Shown piece after piece: positions 52,040 to 62,749 of a stretch of 64,000 bases of DNA. The notes beneath the pieces are model-generated. The model saw only the letters and a list, made by a program, of their open reading frames with translations. It did no database searches and was not told the DNA's origin. The position numbers and the translations under genes are program-made. The stretch covers positions 219,196 through 283,195 of the forward strand of contig CAWCAY010000005.1 of the NCBI GenBank assembly GCA_963793725.1, read 5' to 3'. The number at the start of each line of letters is the position of its first letter. Position 1 is the stretch's first letter. The DNA is from an uncultured bacterium. GTDB taxonomy: Bacteria > JAUVQV01 > CAWCAY01.

Positions 52040-53957
52040 CGGCTCTCCTCTCTCTCGTCGGTTCCGGTCCCCGGGTCAGGCGCCGGCATGACGGCGGCCC
52101 CCTGGGCATCGATGACAGCGGGGCGGTATTCGGGCACCAGTTCGGCGGCGGCGGCCACGATCTCTGCGGCCGGAGCGCTCTCCCGCGCCAGGGTCTCTAT
52201 CCGGTCTAGCAGTTCGGCCACCCGCCCCGGCGAACCCTGTCCGTCCCCCCGCAGCACCATGATCTTCTCGTGGGGCGTCGGCATGACGCCCTCGGACCCG
52301 ATCATCAGTTCTTCACGGAGCTTCTCGCCCGGCCGCAGACCGGTGAAGACGATCGGCACGTCGACGTCGGGCTCCAGCCCCGACAGCGAGATCATGTCCC
52401 GGGCCAGGTCGAGGATCTTCAGCGGCTCGCCCATCTCGAGCACGAAGATCTCCCCCCCCTCCCCATCGTGGCCGCCTGCAGGACGAGCTGGACCGCCTCA
52501 TGGATGGTCATGAAGTAGCGCACCACCTCCGGGTGCGTCACCGTCACCGGCCCGCCGGCCTCGATCTGGCGCCGGAAGAGGGGGATGACGCTCCCCTCGC
52601 TCCCCATCACGTTGCCGAAGCGGACCGAGACGAATTCCGTGTCGCCGAATCGCCGTTCCATGTCGGCCACCAGGATCTCGGCCGTCCTCTTGGAGAGGCC
52701 CATGATGCTGCCGGGATTGACCGCCTTGTCGGTGGAGATCATGACGAAGGTGCGCACGCCGGCGGCCGCGGCCGTCTCGGCGGTCACCCGCGTGCCGGTC
52801 AGGTTGTTCCGGAAGGCCGCCTGGACGTTCGACTCCATGAGCGGCACGTGCTTGTGGGCGGCCGCGTGGAAGACGACGTCGGGCATCGCCTGGCGCATCA
52901 CCGTCTCCATCCGCCGGCGGTCGGCGATGTCGGTCACCACCAGGTCATAGGGCGGCCCGTTCCCGACGCCGCGAAACTCCTGGTCGAGGTGAAAGAGGGG
53001 GTTCTCGGCGTGGTCGAGCATGATGACCCGCGCCGGCTCGAACCTGGCCACCTGCCGGCAGAGTTCCGAGCCGATCGACCCCCCGGCGCCGGTGACAAGC
53101 ACCCTCTTGCCGCGCAGGTGGGCGCTGATGGCCTTCCGGTCGAGACGCACCGGCGGCCGCCGGAGGAGGTCCTCCAAGAGCACCTCGCGCAGGTTCCGCA
53201 CCGACACCCGCCCGCCGAGGATGTCGCCGGCTCCGGGAACGGTGCGGTAGGGGACGCCGGCCTCGCGGCACCGCTCGACGATCCGCCGCATCTGCGGCCC
53301 GGTGGCCGAGGGGATGGCGATCAGGATCTCCTCGGCCTGCTTGCGGGTGACGAGGCCGGGAAGGTCGTCGACCGACCCGAGGACCTTCACCCCGTGAATC
53401 CGGTGATGCTGCTTCTCCGGCTGGTCGTCGACGATGCCGACCGGCTGGAGGCTCAAGCGGGGGTTCTGGAGCGACTCCCGGATCAGGTCTTCGGCGGCGT
53501 CGCCCGCACCGACAATGATCACCGGCCGGCCGGTGCGCCGTCGGCGGGACGCCAGGAGTTCGCGGACGCTCCGCCAGGTAAAGCGCTCGCCACCGATAGC
53601 CACGACAACCAGGATGGCGTCGATCAGGAAGACCGACCTGGGGAAGTTCTCCAGGCCGCGGGTGAAGACCACTCCCAGCACGCTCGCCACCGTTCCCACC
53701 GCCGTCCCCTTGATGATGTTCAGCAGGTCGCGGACCGAGGCGTAGTTCCAGAGGCCCCAGTAGACTCCCGACAGGTACATGCTGACCACCCGCAGGACCA
53801 TGACCAGCGGCACGGTCCGCAGGAAGATGCCCAGGTAGCCGCCGAGGTCCAGCCGCTCGAGGCGGAGCAGGAAGGCCAGGTAGTAGCAGCCGGCGAAGAT
53901 GCTCATATCGAGCATAAGCAGCAGCGTCCGCCGGGGCGACGCGAGGATGTGCATCAT
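52036..53957 (-). pseudogene. Membrane-bound CapD/PglF/WbpM-type UDP-HexNAc 4,6-dehydratase; one base missing in a G-run
   Basis: Track ORFs 52419..53957 and 52036..52443. N-terminal TM segments, VLVTGAGGSIGSEL, and STDKAVNPGSIMGLSKR (the Ser-Met-Lys triad typical of this subfamily). The frame is lost in the run at 52452-52459 (MGRGG|[10 protein letters not shown]). Length is 3n-1. Confidence 0.85.
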
Positions 53958-54565
53958 CGGTGTCCTCCCAGGACGGTCCTGAGGATCAGGGCGAGGTCGC
54001 CGGCGAAGGTGCGCCGGTCGAGGTAGGCCTGTGAAAGGCGGATCTTCTCCGGCAGGATGGTCTCCACGTAGCAGCGTTCCCGGTCGGGGGCGGCCGACAG
54101 CAGCCGCTCCTCGTCGATGAAACGGAGGGAGGCCGGGTCGGTCATGCCGGGCGGGACGACCAGCAGCCGGCGGTACTCATCGCGAAACATGGCGACGTAG
54201 CGGGACACTTCGGGCCGCGGCCCGACGAAGCTCATCTGGCCGGCCAGGATGTTGGCCAGTTGCGGCAGTTCGTCGAGCTTCAGCCGGCGTAGCAGGCGGC
54301 CAACCCGGGTGATCCGGGCATCCCCACCGGCGGTGATCAGCGGGCCGTTCCCGTCCGGTCCGTGGGTCATGGTGCGGAACTTGATGATCCGGAAGGGTCG
54401 GAAGTCACGGCCAATCCGTTCCTGGAGGAAGAAGACCGGCCCCGGCGAGTCGATCCTGACCGCCATGGCAATCAGGGACAGCAGGGGCAGCAGGAGGATC
54501 AGCCCGGCCAGCGAGACGGCCACGTCGAACACCCGCCTGGCGACCTGCCCTCCCCCGGCGCTCAC
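53954..54565 (-). CDS. Small bacterial sugar transferase (PglC/WbaP-C-type polyprenyl-phosphate glycosyl-1-phosphate transferase)
   Basis: Last 203 codons of track ORF 53954..56863. GTG 54565 overlaps the degT stop. One N-terminal hydrophobic helix, IIKFRTM, DELPQLANIL, FVGPRP. Confidence 0.88.
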   Translation of the reverse strand: MSAGGGQVARRVFDVAVSLAGLILLLPLLSLIAMAVRIDSPGPVFFLQERIGRDFRPFRIIKFRTMTHGPDGNGPLITAGGDARITRVGRLLRRLKLDELPQLANILAGQMSFVGPRPEVSRYVAMFRDEYRRLLVVPPGMTDPASLRFIDEERLLSAAPDRERCYVETILPEKIRLSQAYLDRRTFAGDLALILRTVLGGHR

Positions 54566-55716
54566 GGCTTTCCCCCGGCGACGTCGAGCACCGCCGCGAT
54601 CACCCGGTCGACCTCCCCGTCGGTCATGCCCGGATAGATCGGCAGCGACAGCGTCCGGGCATAGAGGTCTTCGGACACCGGGAAGGGCACGTCGCGGTAG
54701 CCGAGCGTCGCGGCGTAGAAGGGGTGGCGATGCAGCGGGATGAAGTGCACCGAGGTGCCGATGCCGCGGCGGCCGAGTTCGTCGATGAAGGCGCCCCGGT
54801 CGGTTCCGCCGACCCGGGAGGCCAGCCGCAGGGGGTAGAGATGCCAAGCCGTCTCCCTGTCCGCCTTGACGACCGGCGTCCGAAGCGCTTCCACTCCCGA
54901 GAAGGCCGCCGTGTACCTCCCGGCGATCTCCGCCCGCCGGCGGTTCATCCACTCGAGTTTGCGGAGCTGCGCCAGCCCCAAGGCCGCCTGGATGTCGGTC
55001 ATGTTGTACTTGTAGCCGGCCTCCTCGACCTCGTAGTACCACGTCCCCTCGGCAGTGTAGCGCTTCCAGGCGTCCCGGGAGATGCCGTGCAGCCGCAGCG
55101 TGCGCATCCGCGCCGCCCAGGCCGGGTCGGCGGTCACGGCCATCCCACCCTCGCCGGTGGCCAGGGTCTTGGTGGCGTAGAAGCTGAAGCAGGTGACGTC
55201 GCCGATCGACCCGATCGGGCGGCCCCGGTACGAAGCCGGCAGGGCATGTGCGGCGTCCTCCACCAGCGGCACCCCCGCCCGCGAGGCGATCGCCCGCAGT
55301 TCGTCCATGTCGCACGGCTGCCCGCCGAAGTGGACCGGGATGATGGCCCGGGTCCGCGGCGTCAGGGCCGCCTCGACCGCCGCCGGATCGATGTTGGCCG
55401 TGTCGGGCTGGACATCGACGATGACCGGCCGGGCCCCCAGGTAGCAGGCCACCTCGCCGGTGGCGGTGAAGGTCATGTCGGGGATGATCACCTCGTCCCC
55501 CGGGCCGACGCCCAGGACCACCAGCGCCAGGTGCAGGGCGGCGGTGCAGGAGCTGACCGCGACCGCGTGGGGCGCGTCCACGACCGCGGCGAAGGCCTCC
55601 TCGAAGCGGACCGTCTTGGGACCCATGGTCAGCCAGCCGGAGCGGAGCGAATCGACCACTTCGGCGATCTCGTCGTCGGTGACGTAAGGGCGGTGGAACG
55701 GGATCGGCTCGCTCAC
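54562..55716 (-). CDS. DegT/DnrJ/EryC1/StrS-family sugar aminotransferase
   Basis: C-terminal 384 aa of track ORF 54562..56805. GTG 55716 overlaps the true wecB stop (GTGA). FSFYATKTLATGEGG (PLP-lysine block), GKYNMTDIQAALGLAQL-type block. Confidence 0.88.
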   Translation of the reverse strand: MSEPIPFHRPYVTDDEIAEVVDSLRSGWLTMGPKTVRFEEAFAAVVDAPHAVAVSSCTAALHLALVVLGVGPGDEVIIPDMTFTATGEVACYLGARPVIVDVQPDTANIDPAAVEAALTPRTRAIIPVHFGGQPCDMDELRAIASRAGVPLVEDAAHALPASYRGRPIGSIGDVTCFSFYATKTLATGEGGMAVTADPAWAARMRTLRLHGISRDAWKRYTAEGTWYYEVEEAGYKYNMTDIQAALGLAQLRKLEWMNRRRAEIAGRYTAAFSGVEALRTPVVKADRETAWHLYPLRLASRVGGTDRGAFIDELGRRGIGTSVHFIPLHRHPFYAATLGYRDVPFPVSEDLYARTLSLPIYPGMTDGEVDRVIAAVLDVAGGKP

Positions 55717-56805
55717 GCCCGGACCCTCCCCAGGAAGGATTCCATGACCGCCACGGTCCTCTCGGCGGCCCGTCCGTCCCACAGCGGCGGCATGCGGCCG
55801 GCCGGCCACCTGCCCCGAGAGGGCGTCGTCGGCCAGGCGCGCGACCTCGTCGGGATCGGCTCCCACCAACCGGTTGGTGCCGGCAGTGAGGGTGACCGGC
55901 CGCTCGGTGTTTCGGCGGAGCGTCAAGCAGGGAACCCCCAGGGCGGTCGTCTCTTCCTGGATCCCGCCCGAGTCGGTCAGTACCATCGCGGCCCCGGCCA
56001 TCAGCCCGAGAAACTCGAGGTACGGCAGCGGCGGCACCGTCCGCACGCCATCGGGCGCCCCGATGCCGCTCTGCCGCATGCGCTCGGCGGTGCGCGGGTG
56101 GACGGGGAAGAGCACCGGCACGCGGCTCGCGACGCGGCCGACACCGTCCAGCGTGCCGCGCAGGAGTCCCGGCTCGTCCACGTTCGAAGGCCGGTGGAGG
56201 GTCAGCAGCGCATAACCGCCACGGCCGAGCCCCAACCGTTTCCAGGGTTCCCGGCCCACCGCCCGCTCCCGGTGTGCCATGAGCGAGTCGACCATGCAGT
56301 TGCCGACGAAGTGGATCCGCTCCGTGGGAATTCCCTCCCGAAGCAGGTTGCCGCCGGCCGACTCCTCGGTGGTGAACAACAGATCGCTGATCTGGTCGGT
56401 GACCACCCGGTTGACCTCCTCGGGCATGCTCCGGTCGAAGGAGCGCAGGCCGGCCTCGACGTGGGCCACCGGCACGCGCAGCTTGACCGCCGCCAGGGCC
56501 GCGGCCATGGTCGAGTTGACATCCCCCCCGACGGCCACCAGGTCGAATCGGTTCTCCATCAGCACCTTTTCGAAGGCCTCGAGCACCCGGGCGGTCTGGG
56601 CCCCGTGGGAACCCGAGCCCACGCCCAGGTGAATGTCCGGCCGGGGCATGCCGAGTTCGTCGAAGAAGACCTCGGACATGGCCTGGTCGTAATGCTGGCC
56701 GGTGTGTACCAGCACGAAGGGGATGCCCCGGCGCGACAATTCGCGCACCACGGGGGCCATCTTCATGAAGTTGGGGCGTGTGCCCACGACGGCGCAGACG
56801 GTCAT
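55713..56805 (-). pseudogene. wecB: UDP-N-acetylglucosamine 2-epimerase (non-hydrolysing); one extra base near the 3' end fuses it in silico to degT
   Basis: GTRPNFMKMAPV, HTGQHYD, HVEAGLRSFD, TDSGGIQEE. After about 55797 the alternative frame reads MPPLWDGRAAERTVAVMESFLGRVRA and stops at TGA 55713-55715. Length is 3n+1. Confidence 0.87.
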
Positions 56806-56859
56806 CGGGTGATGATAGCCGATCCGGCCGGCTCGCGCCAGAGTGCCGTCGTCCGCGCC

Positions 56860-58066
56860 TCACCGGACGAGACGGGTGATGACCCCCTCGAAACCGCGGG
56901 CGATCGCCTGCCGATCGAAGCGTTCCTCGACCGCGTGGCGCCCGGCGGCGCCGAGCTTCCGCCGCAGGCCCTCGTCGGCCGCCAGCCGGCGCACCGCCCC
57001 GGCCACACCCGCCGCATCCCCGGGATCGACGGCGATGCCGGCCCCGCGGACAATCCCGACCGCCTCACCGGAGGCCGCCAGGACCACCGGCAGCCCCGAA
57101 GCCATGGCCTCGTAGATTTTCGACGGCACCGCCCCGACGATGCGCGACCGGAGGCCGACCAGCGCGCCGTCCATCGAGGCCGGTCACCGCGGCCACCCGG
57201 TCGTGGGGAAGCGGCGGGTGGAAGGAGACGTTGCCCAGGTGCTCCGCCTCCGCCCGGGCCATCAGCCCCGCCTTGAGCGGCCCGTCGCCGAAGAACAGGA
57301 ACCGCACCGGCAGGCCGTCGAGCATCCGGGCGGCTTCGAGGAAGGTGTCCAGTCCCTGGAAGAGGCCGTGGAGGCCGGCGTAGACGAAGCCGATCTCGCC
57401 CGGCCGGAGGTAGCGCTCCCGCAGGCCAGGGTCTCGGCGGGTGGGTGAGAAGCGGGCCAGGTCGACCCCGTTCGACAGGTGCCAGACCCGGGCGGACGGC
57501 GCCTGGCGGAGCACCTCGGCCACGATCTCGGCTGACTGCCCGGTGACCAGGTCGGCCCGGCGGTAGAGGAATCGGGCCAGGGCCGCCAGGCACCGGTAGG
57601 CGGCCGAGCGCTCGGAGAGCATGCCGATGGAGGCGGCCGAGTCGGGCCACAAGTCGGAGACGTTCATGATCCACCGGGCGCCCTTGAGCCTGGCCAGGAG
57701 GAAGCCCGACGGGGCCAGGAAGAGGGGCGGGCTCTCGGTGATCACCAGGTCGGCCGGGCCGGCCTTCAGCAGGCCGACCGCCAGGGACGAGAGGGCGAAG
57801 GAGAGGTACGACACCAGGCGCGGGACGAGCGCCGGCGCGTTCGACGGGATGATCCGAGAGCGGTGCACGCTGATTCCGTCGATCTCCTCCCGGTGGTAGC
57901 CGCGGGGGGAGCCGGGAAAGATCCGCCCAGTGGGGTAGTTGGGCACGGCCGCCAGGACGACCACCTCGTGCCCCATCCCCCGGAGGCGCCCCGCCAGGTC
58001 CGACAGGCGGGCCTGCGGCGCGCCCATCTCGGGCGGATAGAATTGGGTGTGGATCAGGATCCTCAT
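56860..58066 (-). pseudogene. GT4-family (GT-B) glycosyltransferase; one frame break
   Basis: ATG 58066 inside track ORF 57065..58360 (MRILIHTQFYPPEMGAPQARL..). Joined near 57178 to ORF 56860..57174 (SKIYEAMASGLPVVL..). Length is 3n+1. Confidence 0.8.
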
Positions 58067-59774
58067 CCCCTCCCCCCGGCGGCGAAAATCCTCAGGGAGA
58101 CACGCCCCGCCGCGCTCCCCTCCCCTTCCCAGGCCAGCACGAGCCGACGGTTCGGGACCGGGCGGTTCCACCCCCCCGGAACGAAGCTCTCGTCGACCCG
58201 CCAGGAAGCCTGTTCCGGGAATCCCTCGTGACCGCAGGCGAGCACGACCCCGTCGGGCCAGCGGGCGGAGGCGATGCTCCCCTCGACGGACACCTCGGCC
58301 CCGGGAGCAAGGGGGAACGACACAGCAAAGGAGTGCCGCCCCCGGGCATCCACCGGTCATCGATCAGCCAGGAGCCCTCCCCGCGCAGTTCGACCCGCCG
58401 GCGATGCGTGACCGGATCGGCCAAGCGACGGTAGCCGTCGTGCTCTCCCTCCGCGTGGAGCGCGGAACTGGAGATGATCCGGGCGGCCGGAGGCCAGGCC
58501 ACCCGGAAGGGCCCCCAGAAGAGGCACTGGTCGCGCCCGTCAACGGCGACCGTGGCGTGGGCGGCGGTGGACCGCAGGGCGTTGCGCAGCGCGGGGTCGT
58601 GGTACGAAACCGTGCCCGGGTCGGCCACCAGCCACCGGCCGCAGCCGTAGAGGCATATCGACAGGGTGTCTGCGTGGCCATGGCCGGGCAGGTGCCGCGG
58701 CCCCATCGGCCCGCAGTCGAACCAGAGCGTCCCGCCGGCGCCGTCCCGCAGCACCGCAAGCCCGGCGTCGGCCAGGAGGTCGATCGCCCGACCGGCCGGC
58801 GGCGGGTCCCCGCACGACTCCAGCCCCTCCGGGTAGCCCGGCACGCTGTCGTTCCAGAGGGGGATCGACCCATCCGGGGCGGCGACCCTCCGGCGGAAAG
58901 CGGCCATGCGCTCCAGGGCCCCCGTTAGATCGTCGGGGGTGGGGCAGCCGACGGCGGCGGCCAGCCGGACCGTGCCGGCGATGTCGTCCCGGACGATGGC
59001 CTGGTAGCTGGCGCTTCGCTCGAAGTGGGCCCCGTCGGGGAGGATCTGCCGGCGGCACTCCTCACCCAGTCCGCGCAGCCCCTCCGCACGCCAGGCCGCG
59101 GCGCCAGGCCAATCGGGATAGAGGAGCCCCATCCTGGCCAGGGCGCAATAGTCGGCCAGCAGGTGGTTGTTCCCCAGGTCGCGCTCGAGGTTCGCCCCGA
59201 GCAGGTCCGCTTGCCGCCGGAGGCTCTCGGCAACCGCTTGACGCGCCGCCGGCCATCCGTCGTCGCCGGTCAGGACCAGGTCGGCCATGGACCAGTTGAC
59301 CAGACGGCGGGCGACCGGGTACGGCTCCCAACCGGGGCGGCTCCCGGGGCGGTTCCCGGCCAGCCAGTCGCCGGTCAGGCGGACCAGCGCCCGGAGATAC
59401 CCCCCGGCCGGATCACGGCGGTGCGCCAGGGCCAAGTCGAGCGCCCAGCCGCCATAGTGGAGGGTGTACAGCCAGAGTGGGTCGTGCCCGGGGCCGCCGC
59501 GCCAGTCGAAGCCGGTGCCGTGGCGGACCGCAGGCATGTTAAGCAGTTCGAACCGTCCCTCGCGAAGCGCCGCCGCCCTCTCGAGCGCGCCCTCCCCCGC
59601 CGGGGGGACAACCGTCGAGGCGCGTCCGTCTGGCGGGCCGAGCCGCGCAGTCGAGGGACGTCCCGGCGGAAGACACGGGTAGATCCAGCGGTAGCGGACG
59701 GCACGCCAAGCCCGGCGGACGACGCGGCCGGCACCCGCCCGCGCGGCGGTGTCCAGCAGAGCGCCGACCGGCAT
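58063..59774 (-). pseudogene. Heparinase II/III-like (alginate-lyase superfamily) protein; one base missing
   Basis: Track ORFs 58092..59774 and 58063..58353, joined near 58356. LGNNHLLADY, DGAHFERSASYQ, LPGHGHADTLS. The stop overlaps the GT4 ATG. Confidence 0.72.
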
Positions 59775-59778
59775 CTTG

Positions 59779-61926
59779 TCAGTCGCCCCGTCCGAGGGAG
59801 TCGGCCAGCTCGATCGTCGTCCTGGTGGAGGCGACCAGTTCGGCGAATGGGATGGGCGACGGACCGCCCGCCCGCACCGCGTCGAGGAAGGCCGTCAACT
59901 CGCCCCGGTGCCCCTTGTCCTGGGTCAGGCGGGACCGGGTGGTCGCCGTCCGTCCTCCCCGGGAGAGGGTCAGTGAACGGAAGTTGTCCAGCACCGCCGT
60001 CATGCCGCCGCCGAAGACCTCCACCCGCTCCTTGGGGAACGAGCGGTCGCCGCTGGCGGCGTAGAGGATCGTCCCGACCGAACCGTCGGCCATCTCCACC
60101 AGCACCTGCAGGTTGTCGCCCCGGTAACGTCCGCCGTCCGGCAGGAGCCTGCCGCGCGCCCTCGCCGGCAGCGACCCGGTCAGAAAGATGAGGTAGTCGA
60201 TGAAGTGGCAGACCTCGCCGATCACCCGGCCGCCCCCGACCTCGGGATCGTGCACCCAGTGCTCCGCCGGGATGTGGCCGGCGTTGACCCGGTAGTGGAC
60301 CAGCAGGGGCTCGCCCATCCCGGCGACGAAGGCCCGCAGGCGGACCGACAGCGGCGCGAAGCGGCGGTTGTAGCCCACCATCAGCAGCGGGCGCGGGTCG
60401 CACCCGGCGTAGGCCTGCTCGATCCGCTCGAGTTCCGTGCCGGTCATGCAGAGGGGTTTCTCGACGAAGACGTGCCGGCCGGCGGCCAGGGCGGCCAGCA
60501 CCTGGCGGGCGTGGAGGTTGTGGCGGGTGCCCACCAGCACGGTGTTGATCCGGTCGTCGCCGATGAGCCCCGCCTCGTCGGTGGTGGCGTACTGGAAGCC
60601 GAACTTGCCGGCCGCGTGCCGGGCGCTGACCCCACCGCCGGTGCAGATGCCGACCGGCTCCACTCCCGGAAGGCGGGACAGGACGGGCAGGAGCACGCCG
60701 GTGGTGAAGGTCCCGGCGCCCAGCACTCCCAGGCGGAGCGCGGCCGCCGGCCCGGTTACCCGCGCGGCGGACTTCATGTCGATCCGCCGCCCGGGGGAGG
60801 GTTCCGCGGGGTAGTCGAGGAGGATGCCCAGGTAGGGGCCCGGGGCCGTTCCGGTCAGCAGGTCGTAGGCCCTTGAGGCCTCGGCCACGGGGAAGCGGTG
60901 ACTGACCAGCCGGGCCGGGGTGACCTTCCCCTCGGCCAGCAACGCGACGAAGGCGACCATGTTCCGGTTCTCGGTCCAGCGGACCAGGCCGAAGGGGTAG
61001 TCGCGCCCCTTCTCCTCGTACTCCGGGTCGTAACGCCCCGGACCGTACGAGCGGGACACCCGGAAGACGAGTTCCTTGTCGAAGTAGGGTTTGCGCGGCA
61101 GGCGCATGCCGACCGCCCCGACAACAACCACCGCCCCGTGCATCCGGGCGATCTCCCCGGCCAGGCTGACCGGCCCGTCGCTCCTCGTCCCGGCGGTGAC
61201 CAGCACCCGGTCCGCCCCCTGCCCGCCGGTCAGGCGCGACACCAGGCGGGCAAAGTCGTCCGGAGCGGTTTCCGCGGCCGACGCGCCGAGCGCCAGGGCC
61301 AGGTCACAGCGGGACGGGTCGGGGTCGGTCCCGATCACCCGGCAGCCCGCGGCCCGGGCCATCTGCACGGCCAGGAGCCCCAGGAGGCCCAGCCCGACGA
61401 CCGCCACCGTCTCGCCCAGTTGCGGCTCGGCCAGTCGGAGCCCCTGCAGGGTGATGGCCCCCAGCGTGGTGAAGGCCGCGTCCTCGGCCGGCACCCCCTC
61501 GGGAACGCGCACGGCCAGGTTGCGCGGGATGAAGACGAACTCGGCATGAGCGGCGTGACCCGCCCCGGCGCAGGCCACCCGGTCCCCCGGGGAAAATCCC
61601 TCGACTCCCTGGCCCACCTCGACCACCCTGCCCGCGCTGGAGTAGCCGAGGGTGATGGGCGTGTCGAGACGGCGGCGGACGGTTTCCACGGTCGCCGCCA
61701 GGCCGTCGCGGCCAATCTTGGACAGGACCTGCCTGACTAGGTCGGGACGCTCCCGGGCCTTGCCAATGAGGCTTCGGCGGGCCAGGTCGACCATCGACTT
61801 CTCGGTCCCGGCGCTGACCACCGAGTGTTCGGTGCGGACCAGGAGCCCTCCCGGGCGCACCGCCGGGGCGGGGACTTCGACCACCTCCAGCCGCCCATTG
61901 CCGTAGTTCTGCACGACCGCCCTCAT
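59779..61926 (-). CDS. Bi-domain oxidoreductase: N-terminal zinc-type alcohol dehydrogenase (MDR) fused to C-terminal Gfo/Idh/MocA domain
   Basis: ATG 61926 inside track ORF 59779..61983, with no frame break. MDR part: VVGLGLLGLLAVQMARAAG. Second Rossmann: LRLGVLGAGTFTTGVLLP, followed by FVEKPL. Confidence 0.82.
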   Translation of the reverse strand: MRAVVQNYGNGRLEVVEVPAPAVRPGGLLVRTEHSVVSAGTEKSMVDLARRSLIGKARERPDLVRQVLSKIGRDGLAATVETVRRRLDTPITLGYSSAGRVVEVGQGVEGFSPGDRVACAGAGHAAHAEFVFIPRNLAVRVPEGVPAEDAAFTTLGAITLQGLRLAEPQLGETVAVVGLGLLGLLAVQMARAAGCRVIGTDPDPSRCDLALALGASAAETAPDDFARLVSRLTGGQGADRVLVTAGTRSDGPVSLAGEIARMHGAVVVVGAVGMRLPRKPYFDKELVFRVSRSYGPGRYDPEYEEKGRDYPFGLVRWTENRNMVAFVALLAEGKVTPARLVSHRFPVAEASRAYDLLTGTAPGPYLGILLDYPAEPSPGRRIDMKSAARVTGPAAALRLGVLGAGTFTTGVLLPVLSRLPGVEPVGICTGGGVSARHAAGKFGFQYATTDEAGLIGDDRINTVLVGTRHNLHARQVLAALAAGRHVFVEKPLCMTGTELERIEQAYAGCDPRPLLMVGYNRRFAPLSVRLRAFVAGMGEPLLVHYRVNAGHIPAEHWVHDPEVGGGRVIGEVCHFIDYLIFLTGSLPARARGRLLPDGGRYRGDNLQVLVEMADGSVGTILYAASGDRSFPKERVEVFGGGMTAVLDNFRSLTLSRGGRTATTRSRLTQDKGHRGELTAFLDAVRAGGPSPIPFAELVASTRTTIELADSLGRGD

Positions 61927-61948
61927 CGCCGTCTCCCCGGCACGCCGA

Positions 61949-62707
61949 TCACCATCGGCGCAGCGAGTAGAGCCCGGTGGCACAGTATTCCCGGATGCCG
62001 ATCCCCAGCCGCCACCAGGCCTCGGCCGTCGGCACCCAATCGGTCCACGTCCCGGTGGCCGAGGAGAGGAAGTCGACCGGATAGGGAACCGGATCGAGGC
62101 CGGCGCGCCGGAAGGAAGCCATCGCCCGCGGCATGTGGTAGGCGGAGGTGACCAGGGCGAAGGGCTTGGCGCCGATCAGCGGCTTGACGTTGGCCGGGTG
62201 CTCGGCGGTGCTCCCCGAGCGCGACTCGGACATGATCTCGCGACCGGGCTGCAGAATCCTTGCGAGTTCCTCCATCACGCCGGCCACCCCCAGATCGCGC
62301 CTGGAGCGGCCGGCCGAACCCGAGAAGATGATCCGGCAGCCGGGGCCCAGCGACGAGGCCAATTCGAGGCCGCCGACGAAGCGGTACATCGAGCCGTGGG
62401 GAAGGGCCGCCGAGCGCTGCTCCCGGGTGGTGGAGTAGCCGCCGCCGGTCAGGACCACGACCGTCCCGACTCCACGTTCCCGGAGGTGCGCCACGGAGGG
62501 GGCCGGGTAACGGTTCTCGATACGCTTGAGCACCGGGTCGATCACTCCCCGCGAGCCGCCGGCCCACAGCAGCACGACCGCCAGGAAGCCGATCCCCTTG
62601 ACCGCCCGCCGGCCGTTGTCGACCGCCAGCACGGCCACCAGGACGGCCAGCAGGAGCCACGGGAGAGGGTCCACGGCTTGGGAGACGACGCGGGCGATCA
62701 GGTCCAC
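61949..62707 (-). CDS. DUF218 (YdcF/ElyC-type) membrane-anchored protein
   Basis: Track ORF, 252 aa (GTG start). N-terminal TM segments, VVVLTGGG, LVTSAYHMPRA. Confidence 0.75.
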   Translation of the reverse strand: MDLIARVVSQAVDPLPWLLLAVLVAVLAVDNGRRAVKGIGFLAVVLLWAGGSRGVIDPVLKRIENRYPAPSVAHLRERGVGTVVVLTGGGYSTTREQRSAALPHGSMYRFVGGLELASSLGPGCRIIFSGSAGRSRRDLGVAGVMEELARILQPGREIMSESRSGSTAEHPANVKPLIGAKPFALVTSAYHMPRAMASFRRAGLDPVPYPVDFLSSATGTWTDWVPTAEAWWRLGIGIREYCATGLYSLRRW

Positions 62708-62749
62708 GCCCCACCCCGCACGGCACGACCGCCCGATGTCCGCATGGCG

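Noticed and set aside
50028-52109. 693-aa ORF spanning the TPR gene and TerC region as one protein
   Set aside because: Only the part downstream of GTG 51299 gives protein-like sequence. The upper part is an Arg/Gly/Pro-rich alternative frame of the TerC gene, which has its own clean 247-aa ORF.
54562-56805. 747-aa ORF that looks like a WecB epimerase fused to a DegT aminotransferase
   Set aside because: Near 55797 the alternative frame reads the normal WecB C-terminus (MPPLWDGRAAERTVAVMESFLGRVRA) and stops at TGA 55713. That TGA overlaps a GTG start for DegT (GTGA). One extra base creates the apparent fusion.
53954-56863. 969-aa ORF as a giant glycan-synthesis protein
   Set aside because: Only the last 203 codons (the sugar transferase) are protein-like. 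The rest is a shadow frame over degT and wecB.
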